DNA of 64,000 bases, taken from the NCBI GenBank assembly GCA_038087875.1, contig CM075992.1:4714001-4778000 (forward strand). Reading direction: 5' to 3'. This document shows positions 13,389 through 22,924 of this stretch, in pieces. The stretch comes from Malacoraja senta (Eukaryota). Below the pieces are notes generated by a model that was given only the letters and a program-made list of their open reading frames with translations, searched no databases and had not been told where the DNA came from. Numbering within the stretch: position 1 is the stretch's first letter; every line of letters begins with the position of its first letter. The translations under genes and the position numbers were made by a program.

Positions 13389-13442
13389 TAATTGGCTAAA
13401 CGTGTTTGTTGCTGGTCAGCTGACGGCAAATCTAGTATAAAA
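13389..13442 (+). promoter_or_regulatory. Proximal promoter of ZP3 copy A
   Basis: TAATTG at 13389-13394, E-box CAGCTG at 13417-13422 and TATAAAA at 13436-13442, 51 nt before the ATG. A homologous arrangement lies upstream of copy B. Confidence 0.7.
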
Positions 13443-13486
13443 GGTGATGGCGGAGTTGTGTTGATATATCGGTGTTGGGCAGCACA

Positions 13487-16256
13487 ATGTATTTGTTTGA
13501 AGGTCAGAGTTTGGGGCTGCTGGTTGCACTAATTGGAGTAGTTTGTTGCTCTGATGTTTGGCAACAGTTCAGAGGGCAGCGCTTTCCATGGAGGAAAGTG
13601 AAACCCAAGGATGAATCGGTTTACAGTTCCCAGTTCCAAGCGCTTGAGGTGCAAAGCGTTTCCCCCTTACGGTCTGTGACGGTGGAGTGTGGCGAAGAGA
13701 ACTTGTTGGTTAAGGTCCACTTGGATTTATTTGCAACTGGGCATTTGGTTCAAGCTGCGGATTTAACGCTGGGAACAGCAAATTGCCGGCCAACAGGGGT
13801 TTACCAGCGGAACTCCACTGCTGTCTTCGACTACGCGCTGCATGAGTGTGGTACCAAATTACAGGTGATGATTCTTTGCACTATTATTGAATATTTGTTT
13901 AAACAATTTTGATTTAACATTTGGTGTGGGGAAATTGTGTTTTAAATCCGTCTGGCTAATTTTATTGAAGATAAAATACAAAATACGTGTTAGAACGGAG
14001 ACGAGGAAACACATTTTCTCACAGAGTGGCGAGTCTGTGGAATTCTCTGCCTCGGAGGGCGGTGGAGGCAGGTTCTCTGGATACTTTCAAGAGAGCTGAA
14101 TAGGTCTCTTAAAGATAGCGGAGTCGGGGGATATGGGGATAAGGCAGGAACGGGGTACTGATTGGGGATGATCAGCCCTGATCACATTGAATGGCGGTGT
14201 GGGCTCGAAGGGCCGAATGGCCTACTCCTGCACCTGTTGTGTATTGTCACCCCCGATAGCACGACGTCTTATTCGCTTTATTTACCTTTCTAAACGAGTC
14301 TACCGGTGGATTCTATTTGAACAAGCCAACTAAGAAAGCTAAAAACCATTGCTTCCAATAATGTTGAACGGGGCTTGAACTGATTAAACCATGTTCTCCT
14401 GTATAACTCTTGTAACCCTATTGAAATGTATCTTCACACTAAGCTGTTCAGTTAATATCAATTGATCTGGCTTGGTGCAGTGGTGTCAAAAAGGTACATT
14501 AACGTATTGAAATGTACACCAGGTCTTACAATAATCGCCCGTATAACAAGGTATTCTAAAAATCTCCCAGATCAGTCTGACAGTGCGCTTTACTTTGTCA
14601 CCTCGGTCGAATATTGACCCATCTATAGTCCATATCTTTCTATACCACCTGCGATCCACTCTCCTGTAACAACCAACCATTCCATCGAAGAGTACTTCCC
14701 TCTCGCCCAACTGATGATGTTCGACGCATTGAGCTCCCTTCGCCAAATTGCTACATCTTCAATACGATGGCTTGCTCTGAAACCAACTTTGCTTATCTTT
14801 CAGATGGTCGGAGATGATCTTATTTACACAACCCATCTGAACTACACCCTCAAGGCTCGTGGAGCGATCACTGTGCGAACTCATGGAGCAATCGTTCCTA
14901 TCCTGTGCCGTTATTTCAGGTAATCAGTGTGTGATTTATATTGTTCTTCTATTCATGACGCGTTCTCTAATCTGCTTGATGCCATTGACTGTACTTCCCA
15001 GTAAAGGCAACGTGAGCAGTGACCCGATCCAACCCACCTGGATCCAGTTCAGCTCCACCAAGTCAGGAGAGGGGCATCTGTCATTCTCCCTGTGTCTAAT
15101 GAATGGTTAGTGAGGAGCGAGGGGACTGACTCGAGGGTTAATACACCGCCTCTAACCCATGTTGTCTTGTCCTGTAGATGACTGGCTTACAGAGCGCGCC
15201 TCAGCCACCTACTACCTCGGTGAGCTCATCCACATCGAAGCTTCAGTTTCAATGACTAATCACATGCCCCTGAAGCTCTACATTGACCGCTGTGTGGCCA
15301 CGTTGAGCCCGGACAAGGACTCCACCCCGAGCTACAACATCATACACTACAATGGGTAAGGAGCCTACTGATTCTCCCAACTATTTTAGATTCACAACTT
15401 GTTCAGTATTTTTAACGCCATTCTTTGTCCAGTTGCCTCGTGGACAGTGCGGCCGAAGATTCCTTTTCTACCTTCGCGTTGCCAGGAGATGAACGTGAGC
15501 CGGACAAGCTCCGGTTTGACCTGGACGCCTTCCGTTTCTTTGGGGATGAGCGTTCCTTGGTAAGTGGAAGCGAAATCATTGGTTCTGCAAGTAGAACGGG
15601 GTCGCAAATATGACTAATTGTTGAAATTAGTATGTTTTGTTATTATTGGTTCGGTGTATGACTGCAGGCATCACAATTTCGTTCAGACCGAAAGGTCTGA
15701 ATGACAATAAAGGAAACTTGATTCTTGACTTGATTCTTGAAATGTCCCTCAGATTTTCATCACCTGCCTCTTGAAGGTTGCTGCAGCTGAGCGGAGTGAT
15801 TCGATGAACAAAGCTTGTACTTTCCAGAAAGAGCAGAAGATGTAAATAGCTCCTCATCCGCCCCCCTCTCTGTCTGTGGCCAATGTGTTTGGTTCACCAA
15901 CAGATTCTCCCTCCTTTAGTTGGACTCCATTAGAAGAATCGAGCGCTGATGTCTGTGCATGTTGTCGTGTGGGTGACTGCGCCGCCACAAGGGGCGCTCT
16001 GTTTACTTCTGGAGGACGGAGGGACATTGTGCCCGAGGCTGGTAAGTCATTGAACCCCGAGGCGGGCGGTTGCTCCGTCTGCTCTGTAACTGGAAACTTT
16101 GGTCTTGCAGAGGATGATGTTGGAGTGAAGCGGGAGGGCAAGGCGTCGCTGGGACCCCTGATCATTCTGGACCCTGATGTGAGCAGCCTGGCAACAGAGT
16201 CGCTAAATGAGACTGAGGGGCGCGCACTGAGGGAATCGAGCGTTGGTTATCTGTGA
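13487..16256 (+). CDS. zp3: Zona pellucida protein ZP3/ZPC-like, copy A (419 aa if exon 8 reads through to TGA; no intact TM exon)
   Basis: Exons 13487-13864, 14804-14919, 15002-15105, 15178-15355, 15433-15559, 15753-15841, 15920-16041 and 16111-16256 are all GT-AG and phase-consistent. The protein has a signal peptide, ZP-N (VTVECGE...LHECG...CRY), ZP-C ([34 protein letters not shown]), the ZP3 cluster CACCRVGDC and the EHP SLGPLII. Confidence 0.9.
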
Positions 16257-16313
16257 TTCTGCTTCATTCCTACCCCGGTATTTTCTTCATTAACTTCTTT
16301 TGGTTTCCTGTTG

Positions 16314-16355
16314 GGTCTCGTATCGGAGGTGGTCCTCGCCGTGGCTCTGACAGTT
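16314..16355 (+). pseudogene. Remnant of the ZP3-A transmembrane exon 9
   Basis: GLVSEVVLAVALTV aligns with copy [16 protein letters not shown] polypyrimidine tract precedes it, but the acceptor reads GG at 16313-16314 instead of AG. Repeat DNA truncates it at 16361. Confidence 0.75.
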
Positions 16356-17370
16356 AAGACGTACCTCCACCAATGTAAAGCACTTTGGTCAACGAGAGTT
16401 GTTTTTTAAATGTGCTAATGAAATAAAAGTGGCGACTTGAATCATGGCTGATCTATCCTTCCCTCTGGCTTGATAAAAATGTTAAATTGCCCAAGTTGGC
16501 AATATGCAGAGTACTGCCCTGCCGACTACAAAATTCAGAAGGATTGTTGAGATGGTCCTGTGGTTGGCCCCTATCCATGTACCTATCACAAATGTTTCTT
16601 AAACGTTGCTTCAACTACCTCCTCCGGCAGTTCATTCCATACACCCGCCACCTTTGCGTGAGACCTTTGGATTTCATTGATTCCATGTCGGGTTGATCAT
16701 TGGCTTTGGGACTCGGCGAATGGAAGAGAATTGTATTGAAATCCTACGAATAGTTATGGTTCTGGCCAGCGGATGAAATCAACTCTGAACCAACCCCGAG
16801 GTATTCGAGGTACATCACCCGAGCGAAGGACATCTCACAGGCAGCGCTGTCGTTATACGGAGCCTATCACAGTTGACACATTCTTTCTTATTTTTGTTCA
16901 AAATGGACCCCTTACAATTATGAAAAATCTGCTGAAAATCGTTATAGGGCCAATTATAGGCATTTGTATTAATTTTGATTGAAATATGCAAGATTAAAAA
17001 CTGGCCATTCGGCTACACATTCGGGGCAATTTACAGAAGCCAATTACCTTCGAACCCGCGCGTCTATGGGACGTAGGTGGAAAAATGTAGACATCGATAT
17101 CTCTGGAGAGGATGTTTCCACTAGTGGGAGCGTCTACTGCCAGAGGCCATAGCCTCAACATAAAAGGACGTGCCTTTTAGAAGGGAGATGAGAAGGAATT
17201 TCTTTAGTCAGAAGTTGATGAATCTGTTGAATTCATTGCCACAGACAAGTCAATTGATATTTTTTTGAGGTGGAGAGGTTCTTGATTACCACGGGAATCA
17301 GAGGTTATGGGTTGTGTGGAGGAGGCAGGCAAATGGGGTTGAGAGGGAAGGATAGATCGGCCATGATTCA

Positions 17371-17647
17371 AGTCAAATCACTTTTATTTCTATAGCACAT
17401 TTAAAAAACAACTCTCGTTGGCCAAAGTACATTGGTGGAGGTACTAACGTTATACAACATTGGTTCATAGATTAAGTACATACATAAATACATACATATA
17501 GCCCTCCCTCAGAGGACGTCAAGAAAGGCTTGAGAGTAAAGATGGAGGGGGCAGTTCTGATGGGAGGAGGGGTGCTGTTCCACAGTCTAGGAGCTGCAAC
17601 CGCAAAGGCGCGGTCGCCCCCTGAGTTTATGCCTAGACCGCGGGATG
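17371..17647 (-). mobile_element. L2 3' fragment inserted into a CR1 tail
   Basis: Reverse complement of the 1570-1886 L2 end. The CR1 tail (ccatgattca...ttcagtggcggagtag) resumes on both sides. Confidence 0.85.
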
Positions 17648-18032
17648 TTCAGTGGCGGAGTAGTCTTGATGGACCGAATGGCCTCATTTTGTTTCTACAA
17701 CGTATGGACATGAACTACCAGCATCCTACGGGAACCTACGCGGGGAGAACGTGCAAACTCCACAAGGACAGCATCGGAGGTCAGGGTCGAACATGGGTTC
17801 CTGGTGCAACTCAATCATCTGTGCCGCCCATTCGTTATTAGGTAAATCCGTGTTATTTCTATAGATTAATGACCAAATGTAATTTCCACGTGGGTCCTAC
17901 AGATAGCGATCTTTATCGGCTGACGCGAGAAATATAGTAGCATTCCTATGGGCCCCAATTAAATGAGTCTCACGTTACAATAATTGCATCCGCTGTGTAA
18001 TTGGATGGAGAAACGTGGAAATTCGTGCTGTT

Positions 18033-18085
18033 TAATTGACTCAATTGGCATGTTATGGTCAGCTAGTTGACGGCCTTGTATAAAA
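18033..18085 (+). promoter_or_regulatory. Proximal promoter of ZP3 copy B
   Basis: TAATTG at 18033-18038, then GGTCAGCTAGTTGACGG, then TATAAAA at 18079-18085, 52 nt before ATG 18131. Confidence 0.7.
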
Positions 18086-18130
18086 ACTAGTGATTAGGCT
18101 ACCGAAGGCACGTTTGTGTTGCTTGGCGTC

Positions 18131-21100
18131 ATGGTGGTCTTTGAGATGAAGGGTTTGAGTTTATTGCTGTTACTGTTATTTGGGGCAGTTGGTGCTGCGG
18201 ATGTTTGGCGTCAATTTGAAGGGCAGTCATTTCCATGGAAGAAGGTGAAATCTACAGTTGAATCTGTTTTGCCATCGTCTGCGGTGCCGAGTGTGTCTCC
18301 TTTGCGTACCGTGGTGGCGCAGTGTGGGGAGCGCAATCTGCTGGTCTTGGTGCGAATGGATTTATTTGGAACGAAGCACCTGGTTAAAGTTGCGGACTTA
18401 ACACTGGGGCCGGGAGGGTGTCGGCCAACGGGCGACTACCCTCAAAACCAGACTGCTTTGTTTAATTATGGACTCCACGAGTGCGGGACTAAACTGCAGG
18501 TAATACGGTTCTTTACACTGGTGTAGTGTTTCTGGTTCTTTGTGCTATGTTACTCTCGAGATACAACGCGGCCCACAGAGTCCACGCCAATTGCTCTCTC
18601 CCCAGCCACTAACCCACATAAACGAGGGACAATTTTACCACTTATCCAAGCCATTTGACCCACAAACCTGAAAGTCTTTGGAGTGTGGGCGGAACGCACG
18701 CGGTCACGGGGAGAACTTGCAAATTCCCTGCAGACGGATCCCGTAGTTGGGATCGAACCCGTGACTCTGGCTCCGTAAGGCACCATCGTGCCGCCCATTA
18801 ATGTTGAGACACATGCCCGATTTTTTTGAGGTTGTGTTGAACGGCTCACGTGTATTCACTGGTCTCTGTATACGTTTTGTCCCGTAAGTCGCTCTTCCCT
18901 TTATAAAGTACTACCTTGCCAGTCGGGAAGTTAGTTTTAGTTTTTGGTCTTGGAGATACAGCGTGGAAACGGCCCTTCAGCCCACGACGACGATCCCTTC
19001 TATCCCCTCGCACGAAGGACAATTTACAGAAGCCTATTAATTGGAGGAAATGCACCTCATATTACGCTTGGGCAGTCTACATCCTGGGGGCTTGAACATT
19101 GAATTCTCCCAATTCTGCTAGCCCTTGCTGTCCCCTCCCCTTCATCAGCCCTCTGGTTGTCTCCTCCCCTCCCCTTGCCCTCGGGCTCCTCCTCCCCCTT
19201 TTTTCCTTTCTTCTCCCCACCCCCTATCAGTCTGAAGGAGGGTTTCGGCCCGAAACGTTGCCTATTTCCTTCGCTCCATAGATGCTGCTGCAGCACCCGC
19301 TGAGTTTCTCCAGCATTTTTGTGTACCTCCTATTAATCTACAAACGTGCACGCCTTTGAAGGTAGACAAAAATGCTGGAGAAACTCAGCGAGTGCAGCAG
19401 CATCTATGGAGCGAAGGAGATAGGCAACGTTTCGGGCCGAAACCCTTCTTCAGACTTTGAAGTGCGGGAGGAAAGCGGAGAAAACCCACATGGTCACAGG
19501 CTGAACGCGCGAACTCCTTTCAGACAGCACCTGTAGTCCGGATGGAACCCGGGCCTCTGGCACTGTAAGGCAACAACTCCATCGTTGCGCCACTGTGCCG
19601 CCCTTTATAAAAAATAAAAATAAATAAAAAAAAAAAATCTTCGAAAACCAGTCGAATTACAGAAATAAATGACATTATCACGTTAGTTTGGTGGCGTCGT
19701 GAATAGCGCCAAGGAAGCATGCTGGCGCTCGTTCTCCCTACGGGTAAAAAATGTGCGTGGATGTGGTTATTTTAACGATATATTGGAAATACCAATCACT
19801 TCTAAACTGCAGAAGAATCTAAATTTTCTTCCTAACTCCAGGCGATTGGCTTTTTAGCCCCTAAGCGAACTTTAAAATGGCAAAATGTATTCAATTTTCA
19901 GCCTGGGTCAATTCATTGACTTAAGGTCATAAGGAATAGCAGTAGAATTGGGCCATTCGGCCCATCAAGTCTTCTCCGCCCTTCAATCATGGCTGATCTA
20001 TCTCTCCCTCATAACCCCATTCTCCTGCATTCTCCCCATAACCCCTGACACATGCATATACTTGGTGGCCAACATCGTCGTTTAGCTTCCAACAATCGTA
20101 ATTTGAATATTTCAACCTCCATTAAGAAATAACGTTATAATTGAACGCTGTGTTTGATCATCATTGGCACCTAACCTGGTCTCTTTCAGATGGTTGGAGA
20201 TTTTCTCGTCTACGCCACCTACCTGAACTACACCCCCAAGTCTCACGGAGCGACCATTGTACGAACCAACGGAGCAGTTGTCCCCATTCAGTGCCATTAT
20301 TTCAGGTAGTTAGTGCGTGCTCTTGTGTCCGTGTATACCTGAATAAATGTGTGTGTGACAATGTTTCCGATGCCACCATCTTTCCTTGCAGGAAAGGCAA
20401 CGTGAGCAGTGATCCGATCAAACCCACCTGGATCCCGTTTAGCTCCACCAAGTCTGGAGAGGGGCATCTGTCATTCCTCCTGCGTCTAATGAATGGTATG
20501 TGATGAAAGAGGGGACTAATTCAAGGTGTCCTATATTTTCTGAGGTGCAACTTTCATCATTGTTCAACTTCTGTCAAGGAGAAACTATACTTCACCCTCG
20601 TTAGACCTCATTTGGACTACGCAGTTGCAGCATGGGACTCATACACAAATAAAAACATTTCTTCCATCGAACGTGTCCAAAGACAGGCAGCTCGATTTGT
20701 TACTAACACCTATGAGAGAAGCGAGTGTTACCAAACTTCTGAGTTCTCTGGGGTGGAACCCTCTCCAAGACAGACGTGAAGCTCACCGTTTGACCTGTTT
20801 TTACAAAATGTTAAATAGGCAGCTCGACATAGATTACAAGACCTACACCAAACCCAAACCAATTAGGAGCAGACCAGAGCATTCAATCCAATTTGTGATT
20901 CCAGCTACCAAGACAGATGTGTACACCAATTCGTTCTTCCCCCGCACAATTAAAGCTTGGAATAATCTCCACCCTACCATAGTTACCCAACCAGATGCAA
21001 CTAAATTTAAGGTAGCTCTTTCTTCCCAAAAAAACCTTCTGGCTTAAGTCCTCTCTCCACCATCTCCAGTTTAAATTCCATTTGGAATATTTTGGAGGAC

Positions 21101-22924
21101 CAAGAACCAAGACTCCGCCAACGGGTAGTGTTAATGCACCGCCTCTAACCCTTGTCTTTTGCCCTGTAGATGACTGGCTTACAGAGCGCACCTCAGCCAC
21201 CTACTACCTCGGTGAGCTCATCCACATCGAAGCTTCAGTTTCAATGACTAACCACATGCCCCTGAAGCTCTACATTGACCGCTGTGTGGCCACGTTGAGC
21301 CCGGACAAGGACTCCACCCCGAGCTACAACATCATAGACTACAATGGGTAAGGAGCCTACTGATTTTCCCAGCTATTCTTAGAGTCTCAACCTGTTCACT
21401 GTTTTACGCCATTCTTTGTTCAGGTGCCTGGTGGACAGCGCAGCCGAGGACTCCTTTTCTACCTTCACGTTGCCAGGAGCTGAACGTGAGCCGGACAAGC
21501 TCCGGTTTGACCTGGACGCCTTCCGCTTCTTTGGCGATGACCGTTCTTTGGTAAGTGGAAGCCAAACGTTGATCCCCAGTTCTGCAAAAGTGTCACTGGA
21601 TAATAACTCCTTCAATGTGTGTGTCTCTCAGATTTTCATCACTTGTCTGTTGAAAGTCACCACGGTGGAACGGAGCGATTCCAGGAGCAAAGCCTGCACT
21701 TTCCAGAAGATGCATTCCATGTAAGTTATGTCCCATCACGTTGCCTGCAGCTGCGATGTCTGGCCCGGGCTGACTTGAGGTTTCCATTTTAGCTGGACCT
21801 CGCTGGAAGAATCTAACGTCGATGTCTGCGCCTGTTGTCGTAAGGGCAATTGTGCTGTTACAACGCAGGATCTGGTTGCTTCCAGAGCACGGAGGGATAT
21901 TGAGGCGTTACCGGGTAAGACATTGCTCGGAGGTATCCTGTCACCTAACCAGAACGCTTTGAGTGGTAGAGCAAAATGAACAGGCCACGCGGAGTTGGCG
22001 TCCCAAGTAACGGGCGATTACAGTAACAGTCTGAAGAAGGGTTTCGGCCCGAAACGTTGCCAATTTCCTTCGCTCCATAGATGCTGCCTCACCCGCTGAG
22101 TTTCTCCAGCATTTTTGTCTACGAGCGATTTATTAAAAATTGTTGCGCGCCAGGCCAGGGGACAAGCCAACGCTGATATGCGCAGTTTGACTTTTGTACT
22201 ACTTATATATTCTGGGTTGACTATTGCTCAACTTGAATAACTTGCAGAAATGTGTTTGGGTAAACAGCATAAAATTATGATCCTTTGTTTAAAGAAGGGT
22301 CTCGACCGGGAACGTCACCTATTCCTTCTCACCAGCGACGCTGCCTGCCCCGCTGAGTTACTCCAGCTTTTTTATTTATCCACAAGTCTAACTGACAGTA
22401 GATCCACATTTTTTGTTACAATATGGGTGCACGCTATAACATAATGAAGTTCCGAAAACGTGGGTGTCACTGCTGCATTTCATGTCTTGCATTTAGACTT
22501 TATCTGTGGTTCCCAGTCTCCACACTCGCAGTCCCCATCCCTATTAACTAGTTATTTGCCTTCGCTTTTCTTTCCCCTGAAACAGAGAATGATACTGGGC
22601 TAAAGTGGGAAGGTGTCGCTTCGCTGGGACCCCTGGTCATTCTGGATACCCAAGTGTCCTCGTTAACTCTCCCCTTGAATGAGTTTGAGCAGCGTGGGCC
22701 GCAGACTTCTAGGATGGGTGAGTTTTAAGTTTTCAACACCTAACCTTCCCCAGGCCTCAAGGCCCATCCATTCACTCGTGTTTTCTTTTTGTCTTTCCAT
22801 TGAAGGTGGGTTACCTGAAACCATCCTCACTGTAACACTATCCCTGACAGCTGTCCTTCTGGCCTCCGCTACTCTGACTGTCATGTTCCTGTACAGGAGA
22901 CGCAAGCAAACTCTGTTCAAATAG
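18131..22924 (+). CDS. zp3: Zona pellucida protein ZP3/ZPC-like, copy B, complete, 451 aa
   Basis: Exons 18131-18499, 20190-20305, 20392-20495, 21170-21347, 21424-21550, 21632-21720, 21793-21914, 22586-22717 and 22806-22924 are all GT-AG and in phase. The protein has a signal peptide, [15 protein letters not shown], furin site RARR, EHP SLGPLVI, a TM helix and an RRRK tail. AATAAA is at 22938-22943. Confidence 0.95.
20527..21115 (+). mobile_element. LINE ORF2 3' fragment (CR1/L2/Daphne group) in ZP3-B intron 3
   Basis: [18 protein letters not shown]...[12 protein letters not shown], then a frameshift, then [10 protein letters not shown]...[14 protein letters not shown]. It is absent from the homologous 72-nt intron of copy A. 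Confidence 0.85.

Noticed and set aside
14486..14746. 86-aa minus ORF in ZP3-A intron 1
   Set aside because: No motif, no ATG at the annotated start and no splice support.
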